DNA from: an uncultured bacterium
GTDB taxonomy: Bacteria > Auribacterota > Erginobacteria > Erginobacterales > Erginobacteraceae
Assembly: GCA_963822585.1 (NCBI GenBank)
Contig: CAWGIE010000019.1
Span: 320,001 to 384,000 of the forward strand
Reading direction: 5' to 3'
DNA: 64,000 nucleotides
Shown: one piece after another, positions 32,852 through 43,106 of the stretch
How the letters are laid out: every line of letters starts with the position of its first letter
Position numbering within the stretch: position 1 is the first letter of the stretch
Notes under the pieces: generated by a model
Seen by the model: the letters and a program-made list of their open reading frames with translations, nothing else
The model's database searches: none
What the model was told of the DNA's origin: nothing
Translations under genes and position numbers: made by a program

Positions 32852-35758
32852 ATGATGAAAATCGGAGGTTCACTGGTACATTTCGCGGTCCGGCGGGCGA
32901 AGACCGTCACCTGGATGATGGTCGCCGTCACCCTCATCCTCGCGCTCCTGGCCCTGCTCCCGACTATCTGGCCGGAGGTTTTCCCCTTCCTCTCCCCTCT
33001 GCGGGTGGATACCGACCCCGAGAACATGCTCCCGGAAGACGAAGCGGTCCGGGTTTTTCACAACCGGATGAAAAAGGAGATGTCCCTCTCGGACATGGTG
33101 GTTCTGGGGATAGTAAACGATACCAATCCCGACGGGGTCTTCAACCCGGAATCACTGGAGAAAATCTATCAGCTGTCCCGGTACGCCGGAACACTCCGCT
33201 GGGAAGACCCGGACCGGCCGGGTGTTTTCCAGGGGGTGATTGAGGTGGACCTGATCTCTCCTTCCACGGTCGAGAACATCGTGCAGGCCGGACCGGGGAC
33301 GATCAAGTTCGAATGGCTGATGCCGACGCCCCCGGCCACGCGAGAGGAGGCCCTCGCCGTCCGGGAGAAGGCGGCCCGGATACCGTTCCTGAAAGACACA
33401 CTCCTCTCCGCCAACGGCAAGGCGGTCGCTCTTTACCTGCCCCTCACCTCCAAGGATCAGAGCTACCGGGTGGCCCGGAAACTGAAAGAGAAAATTGCCG
33501 GTTTTTCCGGAGACGAGCAGTACTTTATCACCGGGCTACCGGTCGCCCAGGACACCTTCGGGGTGGAGATGTTCAAACAGATGGCGATCGCGGCTCCGGC
33601 GGCGATGGTGATCATTTTCCTGCTCATGCTCTTCTTCTTCCGCAAGCTCATCCTGATCGTCTCCCCCATGATCGTGGCCCTAGTCGCGGTGATCTCGACC
33701 ATGAGCCTGCTCGTCATCACCGGAAAAACGATCCACATCATGAGTTCCATGATCCCGATCTTCATCATGCCGATCGCGGTCCTGGACGCCGTCCACATCC
33801 TCTCCGAGTTCTTCGACCGCTACCAGGAGACGAAAAGCCGGCGGGAGACGGTCTACCGGGTGATGAGCACTCTCTTCACGCCGATGCTTTACACCTCGCT
33901 CACCACCTCGGTCGGCTTCGCCTCCCTGGCCCTGGCCCCGATCCCCCCGGTGCAAATCTTCGGGATCTACATCGCCATCGGCGTCATGACCGCCTGGATC
34001 TGGACCATCCTCTTCATCCCCGCCTTCATCATGTTCATCCCCCGGCGCTCCCTGGAGAACTTCGGCGCTCTCCACGATCGACAGGAGGACCGGGAGATCG
34101 CCCGCTCCGTCACCCGGAAAAAGCACCGGATCCGCTCCAACCTGACCATGACCTGGCTTCTGGCCGCGGCGGGAAGGGCCACCTTCCGGCACGCGAAGAT
34201 CGTGCTCCTGGTCATGGCGATGGGCGTGGTCGTCGCGGTGTTCGGCATCAGCCGGATCAGGATCAACGACAACCCCACCAAGTGGTTTTCCCCCTCCCAT
34301 CCCATCCGGGTGGCCGACCGGGTCCTGAACCACCACTTCGCCGGGACATACATGGCCTACCTCGCTCTCACCGCGCCGGAGGAGGGAGTCCCGGTTGATG
34401 TCTATGCCCGGGAGCTGGAAAAACGGATAGCTGAGCGGGTGGTGCGGGCCGGGGGTGATGTGCCGGGGGCCGGCAAGGTCTATTCCGCCCTCGGCGAGGA
34501 ACTCGACCGGCTGCGGGTTGAAGCCTCCGACCCCGCGGAACTTCTTGACCGACTGGCGGCATTCGCCGACAAAAAGGCCGCCGACGCCCCCCTCGAGGAG
34601 GCGGACGCCTGGGACGATGCCCTCCTCTTCATCGACAGCGAGCGGCAGCGGGGAGAGATTTTTAAACAGCCGGAAGTGCTGGCTTATATCGAAGGCCTAC
34701 AGAAACACCTCCTCACTACCGGCGTGGTCGGGAAATCAAACTCTTTAACGGATATTGTCAAGACCGTTTACCGCGACCTGGTCTCCGGCAAGGAGAAGGA
34801 CTTCGTCATCCCGGCAACCCCGGCCGCGGTCGGGAATGCCCTGTTCGAATACCAGAACAGCCGACGCCCCCAAGACCTCTGGCATTTCGTCACCCCCGAT
34901 TACCGGACCACCGTTCTCTGGATCCAGTTAAAGAGCGGCGACAACACCGACATGGAGAAGGTCGTCCGGACGGTGGACGATTACATGGCGGAGAACCCGC
35001 CGCCGGATGATCTGCGACACCGATGGTTCGGCCTCACCTATATCAACGTCGTCTGGCAGAAGAAGATGGTGGCGGGGATGCTCCAGGCCTTCCTGGGCAG
35101 TTTCCTGATCGTCTTTCTGATGATGACCCTCCTCTACCGTTCGGCGCTCTGGGGGATACTCTCCATGATCCCTCTCACCGTTACCATCGGCCTTATTTAC
35201 GGCGTGATCGGGCTGATCGGCAAGGACTACGACATGCCCGTCGCCGTCCTCTCTTCCCTCAGCCTCGGCCTGGCGGTTGACTATTCCATCCATTTCCTCT
35301 CCCGGAGCCGGGAGCTCTACCTCAAATACGGCTCCTGGGGGAACGCGGTGGCGGCGGTCTTCGGCGAACCGGCCCGGGCCATCGCCCGGAACGTGATCGT
35401 GATCGGGGTCGGTTTTTTGCCTCTGCTGCTGGCGCCGCTGGTGCCGTACCAGACCGTGGGGATCTTTATCGCCGCCATCCTGATGACCGCGGGGGTGGCG
35501 ACGCTGTTGATCCTGCCGGCGATGATGACGGTCCTGGAGAGGTTTCTCTTTCCGAAGACGAAGCTCTGCTGCCTGGCCTGCAACTGCGTCACCTGCACGG
35601 TCTCCTCGGTCGCCCTGGTCGCCGTGGTCGCCATCAATCTCAGGCAGCTTTTGAACGTGGGCTGGACCTCGCTTTCCTGGTGGAGTCTGGCGGCGATCGT
35701 GATCCTCGCCCTGGCTTGTTATCTGATGTCAAGACGCGCCCGCTGCCGGGCGGAGTAA
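32852..35758 (+). CDS. MMPL/RND-family exporter
   Basis: Two MMPL halves (IAVLDAVHI; GLAVDYSIHF), DTDPENML, TSLTTSVGF; Cys-rich C-terminal LCCLACNCVTC. Confidence 0.9.
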   Translation: MMKIGGSLVHFAVRRAKTVTWMMVAVTLILALLALLPTIWPEVFPFLSPLRVDTDPENMLPEDEAVRVFHNRMKKEMSLSDMVVLGIVNDTNPDGVFNPESLEKIYQLSRYAGTLRWEDPDRPGVFQGVIEVDLISPSTVENIVQAGPGTIKFEWLMPTPPATREEALAVREKAARIPFLKDTLLSANGKAVALYLPLTSKDQSYRVARKLKEKIAGFSGDEQYFITGLPVAQDTFGVEMFKQMAIAAPAAMVIIFLLMLFFFRKLILIVSPMIVALVAVISTMSLLVITGKTIHIMSSMIPIFIMPIAVLDAVHILSEFFDRYQETKSRRETVYRVMSTLFTPMLYTSLTTSVGFASLALAPIPPVQIFGIYIAIGVMTAWIWTILFIPAFIMFIPRRSLENFGALHDRQEDREIARSVTRKKHRIRSNLTMTWLLAAAGRATFRHAKIVLLVMAMGVVVAVFGISRIRINDNPTKWFSPSHPIRVADRVLNHHFAGTYMAYLALTAPEEGVPVDVYARELEKRIAERVVRAGGDVPGAGKVYSALGEELDRLRVEASDPAELLDRLAAFADKKAADAPLEEADAWDDALLFIDSERQRGEIFKQPEVLAYIEGLQKHLLTTGVVGKSNSLTDIVKTVYRDLVSGKEKDFVIPATPAAVGNALFEYQNSRRPQDLWHFVTPDYRTTVLWIQLKSGDNTDMEKVVRTVDDYMAENPPPDDLRHRWFGLTYINVVWQKKMVAGMLQAFLGSFLIVFLMMTLLYRSALWGILSMIPLTVTIGLIYGVIGLIGKDYDMPVAVLSSLSLGLAVDYSIHFLSRSRELYLKYGSWGNAVAAVFGEPARAIARNVIVIGVGFLPLLLAPLVPYQTVGIFIAAILMTAGVATLLILPAMMTVLERFLFPKTKLCCLACNCVTCTVSSVALVAVVAINLRQLLNVGWTSLSWWSLAAIVILALACYLMSRRARCRAE

Positions 35759-35768
35759 AAATTACATT

Positions 35769-36023
35769 AGCCGCAAAAAGGCGCAAAATGCGCAAAATTG
35801 AGGAGCGGAGTAGAAACTCAGCACATAACAAAATCAGAGTAATCAGGTAAAACTTGTCCTGTCGAAGACCCTGAGCGAAGTCGAAGGGAGCGAAGTCGAA
35901 GGATCGGGTGCTCATTTAAATGGGGCCGAGGCGCGGGATAATTGTCCTGTCCCATAATCGTCCTGTCAAAAAAAAGGGGCCGGGGTGGGGGGACTTTTGC
36001 GTATTTTGCGCATTTTTGCGGCT
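35769..36023. repeat. Nested intergenic palindrome containing an empty copy of the intron target (35832-35900)
   Basis: AGCCGCAAAAAGGCGCAAAATGCGCAAAA / TTTTGCGTATTTTGCGCATTTTTGCGGCT flank a CTGAGCGAAGTCGAAGGG element. Confidence 0.75.
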
Positions 36024-36081
36024 ATTAAAAGGGGCCGCGGCGGGGGGAAATCGGATATGTAATAATTACAAGGAGGCTGAA

Positions 36082-36927
36082 ATGAAAAAAAACATGTTTA
36101 TAACGGCAATAACTATCCTGTTTTTCATCGCTTTTGCGGTAGAGATCGCCGCCGAAGAAGGGGCCTCCAAGCCGCCGGATGTGAATGAGATCGTCAACCG
36201 GACCAACCGGGCCGCCTATTACCAGGGGAAAGACGGACGCGCTCAGGTCTCGATGGAGATCACTGACAGCCAGGGCCGGACGCGGAACCGGAAATTCACC
36301 ATTCTCCGGAAAGACGAACCCAACCCGGCCGACCCCTCCGACATGACCTACACCGGCGACCAGAAGTTCTATCTCTACTTCCAGCGCCCGGCCGACGTCA
36401 ACAAGATGGTCTTCATGGTCTGGAAGAACGCCGAGCAGGGCAAGGAGGACGACCGCTGGCTCTACCTCCCCGCTCTCGACCTGGTGAAAAGGATCGCCGG
36501 GACCGAGAAGAGAACCAGTTTCGTCGGTTCCGACTTCTTCTACGAGGACGTCTCCGGCCGGAACATCAACGACGATGTCCATGAACTGGAGAAGACTACG
36601 GACACTTATTACGTCCTCAAAAACACCCCCAAAGACCCCGGATCGGTCGAGTTCACGTACTACACGATCTGGATTCACAAGGATACCTTCCTCCCGGTCA
36701 AGATCGAGTACTTCGACAAAAACGGTGAAAAGTATCGCGAGTACGCGGCCCTGGGCGTCGAGACCATCCAGGGATACCCGACCGTGACCAAAGCGAGCAT
36801 GAAGAGCCTCAAGACCGGGAGCGAGACCGTCATGACCTACGGGGACGTCCGCTACGACATCGGCCTCCCCGACGACATCTTCACCGAACGCTACCTCCGC
36901 AACCCGCCGCGGGAGTATCTGAGATAA
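36082..36927 (+). CDS. Outer-membrane lipoprotein-sorting (LolA-like) protein
   Basis: AGGAGG RBS; PADV, DDRWLYLPALDLVKRIA, SFVGSDFFYED and FTERYL motifs. Confidence 0.88.
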   Translation: MKKNMFITAITILFFIAFAVEIAAEEGASKPPDVNEIVNRTNRAAYYQGKDGRAQVSMEITDSQGRTRNRKFTILRKDEPNPADPSDMTYTGDQKFYLYFQRPADVNKMVFMVWKNAEQGKEDDRWLYLPALDLVKRIAGTEKRTSFVGSDFFYEDVSGRNINDDVHELEKTTDTYYVLKNTPKDPGSVEFTYYTIWIHKDTFLPVKIEYFDKNGEKYREYAALGVETIQGYPTVTKASMKSLKTGSETVMTYGDVRYDIGLPDDIFTERYLRNPPREYLR

Positions 36928-36999
36928 ACGTATAAGGACGAAAGGACGACGGGACGAAGGACGAAAAGATGAAGGACAACAGGTCAAGGAGGAAACGAT

Positions 37000-37378
37000 A
37001 TGGCGGATAAAATTAAGAGCGTACGGGATCTTAAGGTGTATCAATTAGCCTTTGAAACCGCCATGGAGAAATTCCATGTCTCTAAAAGTTTTCCGAAGGA
37101 AGAGCTATACTCATTGACCGATCAGGTCCGCCAGGTCTTCTCGATCAATATGTACGAATCTTGCCGAAGGTTGGCGAAAGCGTAGATATCAGGCAGTCTT
37201 CCTCAACAAGTTGTCCGATGCATCTCAGGAGGCTGGTGAAACACAAACATGGTTAGAATTCGCTTTGGCGTGTGCATATATAAATCAAGATGCCTTTGAT
37301 CGCCTTGATGAAAAATATGAACATATTTTTGCCATGTTACATACAATGGAAAACAAGATAGATACCTTCTGTAAATAA
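37000..37378 (+). pseudogene. Four-helix-bundle (23S IVP-like) protein with +1 frameshift near 37130
   Basis: DLKVYQLAF...FPKEELYSLTDQVR then, in a shifted frame, RSSRSICTNLAEGWRKRRY...EAGETQTWLEFA. May be a sequencing error. Confidence 0.8.
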
Positions 37379-37484
37379 ATAAGGCTTATTTTTCGTCTCA
37401 ATGAGGGAAGCGACGCTGCTCGTCTTCAGCCCGGTCGTCCCGCAGTGAGCGCAACGAACGATCGTCCATCGAATCAGCAGCCTA

Positions 37485-38901
37485 ATGAGATACATTGCGA
37501 TATATGTAATAACCTGTTGTTGGCCAGTCCTAACCTTTGCCCAATCAGAGCCCGCACTCCCGGCCGGTCTATTCCGGTATTTCTTCATCCGGAGAGCCAT
37601 CCCTCCCGGCCGGTTTGGGCGGCAAGGCGGAAGTGACGGAAGCCGAACCCCGGGAAGAGCCTTTCCGCCTCCCCTTCCTCCTTACCGGATTCGGGGAGGG
37701 CAGAGCCGGAGCCTGGACCCAGCGGAACCCGTATGAGAATGACCTCTCCATCGGCGAGGTCCGGCTTCAGCTGGAAGGAGAAAAGGCCTGGGACCGAGCG
37801 GCCCTCCGGGTCCGGTCCGACTTCCTCTATGATCCGGTCTCCGACCATCAGACCATCGACCTGGAGAGCGGGCAGGGCTGGTTCGATCTCCGGGAGGCGC
37901 GCTTTGCCGTCACCCCCTTTTCTTTCATGGATATCAGGATCGGCCGCCAGATACTGACCTGGGGGACGGGCGACCTCCTCTTCATCAACGACATGTTCCC
38001 CAAAGACTGGAATTCTTTCTTCCTCGGGCGGGATACCGAATACCTGAAAGCCCCTTCCGACTCGGCCGTCGTCTCCCTCTTCAGCGATCTGGCGAACGCC
38101 GACGTCGTCTACACCCCCCGTTTCGATCCCGACCGCTATATTGATGGGAGCCGTCTCTCCTATTACAACCCGGCACTGGGCAGGATCGCCGGACGGGACG
38201 CGATCATCGTGACCGAGGAACCGGAGACCTGGTTCAAAGACGACGAGCTGGCGCTGCGCCTCTCCCGTAACATCGAAGGCTACGAGGCCGCTCTCTACGG
38301 CTACCGGGGTTACTGGAAGAGCCCGGCCGGCAGCGACCCCGCCACCGGGAAGGCGACCTTCCCTCGCCTGGCCGTTTACGGGGCGAGCGGCCGGGGAGCG
38401 GTCGGACCGGGCATCGGCAACCTCGAGTTCGGCTGGTACGACTCTGAGCAGAACAGCGGCGGCAACGATCCTTACGTCAGGAACAGCGAACTCCGGTTTC
38501 TGGCCGGCTACGAGCAGGAGGTCGCCGCCGACTTCACCGCCGGCCTCCAGTACTACCTGGAGTACATGCTAAACTACGATGCCTACCGCGACAACCTTCC
38601 GCCCGGTCAGCACCCCCGGGACGAGGGCCGCCATGTCGTCACCTTGCGGCTGACTAAGCTCCTGATGCGCCAGAACCTGAAACTCTCCTTTTTCGGCTAC
38701 TACTCCCCCTCGGACGAGGATTGCTACCTCCGCCCCCTTATCCAGTACAAGATCGACGACCACTGGACGGCGGATATCGGGGGGAACGTCTTCTGGGGCG
38801 TCCACGACTGGACCTTCTTCGGCCAGTTCAGGAAGGACACCAACCTCTACGCCGCCGCCCGCTATGGCTTTTATCCTAGGGGATATCCCGGTTCTCGCTG
38901 A
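37485..38901 (+). CDS. Outer-membrane protein (DUF1302-like partner of MMPL/LolA-like genes); frameshift near 37571 separates the signal peptide
   Basis: MRYIAIYVITCCWPVLTFAQ signal peptide in one frame; DLREA, IGRQILTWG and FFGQF motifs in the next. Confidence 0.7.
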
Positions 38902-39314
38902 TTTACGGCACACAAAATAACCGATAGATAACGGAGCTGATGGGCAATTGATATCCTTCATCTGCTGTCGATGAGAGTAGTAATGCAGAACGGGCGGAGC
39001 GATTGTTTGAATGACCGGGCCGCTCTTTAATCGGCTATCTACCTTTTTTTATCCGCTGAACAACGGTCGTTCGCGGATGTTTGGCCGCATAGCCGGGGCG
39101 TACGAACCTACCGTTTACGGCGCTTCGTGCGACCTTGTGAGTTTTACCTTTCATGGCAAACCTCCAAAATTAGATGTCGGATCTTCTTGACAGAGTCATT
39201 CGAGAGCGATAGCTTAATGTGCGTTCGACATAGCCGGTGCTCTGACGGTTCCGTTGGGGGTTCAGACGATACCCGGCGGATTTTCCAAGCGGGGTGGTGC
39301 ACGCCACCCCGCTT

Positions 39315-39815
39315 TTATTCATCTGTTGGTTCCTTCAGCTTCTCAATAAATCGTTTGAGAATATCCTCGGTAATGTGTTTCTTGTTGATCTGGTGAATCT
39401 TTTTTGCTGTTTCGATTGCGTCATCAATTGCAAGGTGTCCCCGCAGGCAGAGGAATGTCATTCCCTCCAAACCCCAGTAAATCGGCACACCTTCTTCCGC
39501 GCATAATTTTCTTAACCCCGTATCATTAGATCAGCAGCTCCAGCCATTTTCTTGCGCCACGATAAAACACAATTTATCTGTTCTTGAGAGACTGCCTTTC
39601 CGCTCTCCCGCCTTCTGAAGTTGAAAGACCTCGGGCTTAATATTTGATCCCAGCCGCTTTTGAGGTGCTGGTCAATTGGTCACTTCAATGAACACCGTCA
39701 AGTACATATACTGTCCATATATGTCGATTAACTAACTGATGATTTGTTTGTTAGTACGACAGTAGTCGATCAAGACACAGGCATCACTAATGATTATTTC
39801 CGGCAGGGTACCCAT
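39315..39815 (-). pseudogene. Degraded PIN-domain protein
   Basis: Fragments MGTLPEIIISDACVLIDYC and DKLCFIVAQENGWSC*SNDTGLRKLCAEEGVPIYWGL, with stops and frameshifts. Confidence 0.6.
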
Positions 39816-40918
39816 TACCAAGACATCTCCCATTCCCGTAGGCGTTCCCGCATTCTCCTATCCCGATATTCAGGATTTCGGCGCCCCGGCTGATACTGAT
39901 GAGATCTTTCTCCAGCGCTTCTCTTACCAGGCGGCTGAGACGAACTTTGATAAAATCGGCGTTATCGAGAAAAGATGGTTCATCGATTTTTTTCTCCGGC
40001 AGATTGGCTTCTAATATGAATTTGAGGCGTTTCCAATATCGACCATGGTAGGAATTTATAAACTCTCTATAAATTCCGGAATCAATCAGTTCCATATCAA
40101 CAAGACGCCGCAATACAGTCTTATAACTGACGCGAAAGCGTCTTTTCGTGTGCAGTACACTATCCACCCAATGAAGACCACGGTTTTCATTCCAACAAAA
40201 AGAAAGCCGCAGGCTTTATCCTGCGAAATAATACCCTTCTCCCTGACTCTGATTTTCTTGACTGATCGGATATATATGATTGCGATGAAGGAGAATATGC
40301 CGTAATTCATGAGCAGCAGTAAAAATGTGACGTTCCACTGGTATAGAATCATCGGTATTGACTGCAAGAGACGGTTGATTATCTGATTCACCTACTGAAA
40401 GACCAAAGAATCGATTCATCGTGGATTTGAGCAGAAAGATTTTTACTCCAGTTTGCTCCAAGAGCTCGCAAACATCTGGGAGACTTTTTCACAGGGAAGT
40501 TCCAGTTTATTGTGGGCCTTACCTGCAGCTTCTTCCGTAGTACTTGAGAAAATTCCATCGATTTAAATTGATAGATCAGTCGTTCATCCAGCATATTTTC
40601 CGGAGCATTAAAATCGTTAAGCCAAGTGGCTACTTCCACTATGATCTGTTCTCGTTCCGCCTTTTCTTGAGCGGTAAGTGATTTGAAAGAACGGAATGGT
40701 AAGCTCTGCAGCTTTGGTATCCGGGCTGTCAGATCGAAGACGGATACATCTAAAGCCTGGGCTAAAGCATGCAGGTTCGAAGACCTGGGCTTAACAATAC
40801 TTTATCTGATATTTCTATACACAACCTGGCTTATACCCGCTTTCTCGGCGATGTACTGCTGCGTCCATTTTTCCAGCCTTCGAAACCTTCGAAGATTGAC
40901 TCCGATAGCATTAGTCAT
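39787..40918 (-). pseudogene. Degraded XRE-HTH plus ImmA/IrrE (HExxH) metallopeptidase
   Basis: MTNAIGVNLRRFRRLEKWTQQYIAEKAGIS (HTH); FTAAHELRHILLH; FRVSYKTVLRRL; ISISRGAEIL; several stops and frameshifts; low GC. Confidence 0.8.
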
Positions 40919-41220
40919 ATTTCCCCTTTTTATTTGATGTTCCCGGAATAAACATAACATAACTTATCATTTTATCAAGTAATGATATTATGAAAAGTTA
41001 ATAGCACTCCCTTTTTGTCCAATAAGGAAATATTGTTACCCTCAGGGTCCCCGCGTTGCCTGAAAACAACACAAATCTTGTTGTTCGAGTTTCTATGTGC
41101 ATTAAAGCCACCGGGGTGTTGCATAATGGAAATGGATGACCTCTCTCCCCGTCATCCATCTATATCGACATCTCTCTTTAGCAGAAGCACTTATGGATTT
41201 CCTTATCCGGATCGGACATA

Positions 41221-41236
41221 TGGCATGATATTTGCT
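41221..41236 (+). promoter_or_regulatory. Sigma-54 promoter
   Basis: TGGCAT-GATAT-TTGCT with consensus spacing. Confidence 0.65.
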
Positions 41237-41279
41237 TTATTTTAAGCATTCAGACCATTACTTTCAACGGGAGGTCGCG

Positions 41280-41369
41280 ATGAGCGGTAGGGCATATCTA
41301 TACGCCATCTTCTCTTCGTGCGTTATCTGGGGTACTCTTTACATTGTTTGGATGGGACTTTTCACCTGA
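41280..41369 (+). CDS. 29-aa hydrophobic small protein MSGRAYLYAIFSSCVIWGTLYIVWMGLFT
   Basis: GGGAGG RBS 5 nt before ATG; sigma-54 motif 44 nt upstream; single TM-like stretch. Confidence 0.5.
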   Translation: MSGRAYLYAIFSSCVIWGTLYIVWMGLFT

Positions 41370-41647
41370 ACGTCGGGCGATGCGCAACAACACCTCACCG
41401 GTATCACCCTGTCGAAATACCTTTCATCATTATCTCTCCCTGGTTCACCCACCCGCAGGAATCATCACCTGGTTAATCATTCCTTGATACGTCCCCCTCT
41501 GCCGGACTGATCCGGCGGGATCATCATCATTTTTCCCCTTATGAAGTACTTTCCTATACGACCGGCATCGGTCAGGTTCTGTATATTTCTGACCTAGTGA
41601 CATTTCCCCTTAAAATGCTCTCCAAAAAAAAAGTAAAAAAACCTATT

Positions 41648-41845
41648 GACTAATTAGTCTAATTCGACTATATAGTCATAATCAACTAAGTAGTCAATCA
41701 TGACCATATTGTCGTACTCAACCAATCAGTCAATTTTGACCGATGTGTCGCAATCAACCGATCGGTCAAATATGACTGTTCTGTCGAACTCAACCGATCA
41801 GTCGATTATGACTATGATGTCGTATTAGACTGATCGGTCATTATA
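41648..41845. promoter_or_regulatory. Array of 11 tandem 18-bp units (RAC-N6-GTC-N6), putative TetR operators, overlapping a sigma-70-like promoter
   Basis: Units start at 41648, 41666, 41684, 41702, 41720, 41738, 41756, 41774, 41792, 41810 and 41828; TTGACT at 41646; A-tract upstream; tetR ATG at 41858. Confidence 0.8.
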
Positions 41846-41857
41846 TATAGATATAGT

Positions 41858-42523
41858 ATGAATGCAACGCTGAAAAGCCGGCACACACGGCGAGCCCTGG
41901 CCACCCGGGGAAAATTGCTCGAAGCCGCCCGAACCCTTTTCACGGAACGGGGGTTTGAGCTAACTTCCATTGACGACATAACGCGCCGCGCCGATGTCGG
42001 GAAAGGGACTTTCTATTACCACTTCACCGACCGGGAAGAGATCATCAAGGCACTGATCGAATGGGTGATCGGAGAACTGCTGACCGTTATCGATAACACC
42101 TGTCGGGAAGCCACGGACCTGAAAACCACTCTGGACGGCTTGATCGAAGCTCACATCAAGTTCTTTTCCAATCGGTGGGAAGACTTCGTGCTCTTCTTCC
42201 AGGGGAGAACCGAGCTTACTATCGAACTGAGTTATGAGGGGATCGAGACTCCGTTCCTGAAGTACCTGGAGCGGGTCGAGGAGCTGCTGGCACCTTTTAT
42301 CCAGCGGCGGCTGCCGCCGCCGATCATGCGACGGATCGCCTGCGCGGTCGTGGGGTTGGTCTCGGGTTATTATTCTTTCGCGGCCATCGAATCGCTGGAT
42401 AACGGCATCGACGCCACGTTCGCTTCGCTCCGCGAGGCGATGGTGGCGAGCATGATGCGCTTCATTCAGGAAGCAAGCATATCGACTGATAAACCGCCCC
42501 AGGAGAAAGAGGCCGGGGCATAA
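41858..42523 (+). CDS. TetR/AcrR-family transcriptional regulator
   Basis: LLEAARTLFTERGFELTSIDDITRRADVGKGTFYYHF HTH. Confidence 0.95.
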   Translation: MNATLKSRHTRRALATRGKLLEAARTLFTERGFELTSIDDITRRADVGKGTFYYHFTDREEIIKALIEWVIGELLTVIDNTCREATDLKTTLDGLIEAHIKFFSNRWEDFVLFFQGRTELTIELSYEGIETPFLKYLERVEELLAPFIQRRLPPPIMRRIACAVVGLVSGYYSFAAIESLDNGIDATFASLREAMVASMMRFIQEASISTDKPPQEKEAGA

Positions 42524-42599
42524 TTTGTACACTAACAGGCGCACGACACCGAGGCCATCCGGTCCGGTGATCGTGCGGCAACTCAAGAGGAGAACCTCA

Positions 42600-43103
42600 T
42601 TGAAAACAATCGATGAGTTAGAAAAAACAGATTCGATCGCCATCACGGGAACCAGACGACGGCGTCTCAACGGAACCAATCGGAAATCCGGGCTCGGATC
42701 AACGCTCAATGAAGCGAAGGGCCGGCGTGTCTTTAACGAAGCGGTCAAAAAATCCGTCTGGGGGATGGCGGCCAGTATCGACATCTATAACTGCGATCCG
42801 GCCACGATCCGGGACGCCGACAAGATCCGCCAGTTCGTCAAAGAACTCTGCGACCTGATCGAGATGAAGAGATTCGGTGAAACACAGGTGGTTCATTTCG
42901 GAGAAGATGAGCGGGTGGCGGGCTACTCGATGGTTCAGCTGATCGAGACCTCGCTGATCTCGGCCCATTTCGCCAACCTGACCAATACCGTTTACCTCGA
43001 CGTCTTCAGCTGCAAGCCATATGACCCCGTCAAGGCGGAACGGTTCGCCCTCAAATTCTTCGGGGGCACCCGCTGCATCACCAAGATCAACCTGAGGATG
43101 TGA
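42600..43103 (+). CDS. S-adenosylmethionine decarboxylase-like pyruvoyl proenzyme
   Basis: DIYNCD, GYSMVQLIETSLISAHF and YLDVFSCK motifs; GAGGAG RBS before TTG at 42600. Confidence 0.85.
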   Translation: MKTIDELEKTDSIAITGTRRRRLNGTNRKSGLGSTLNEAKGRRVFNEAVKKSVWGMAASIDIYNCDPATIRDADKIRQFVKELCDLIEMKRFGETQVVHFGEDERVAGYSMVQLIETSLISAHFANLTNTVYLDVFSCKPYDPVKAERFALKFFGGTRCITKINLRM

Positions 43104-43106
43104 GCG

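Noticed and set aside
41648..41845. CRISPR array
   Set aside because: The period is only 18 bp, there are no 25-45 bp unique spacers or long identical repeats, and no cas genes are present; it fits an operator array better.
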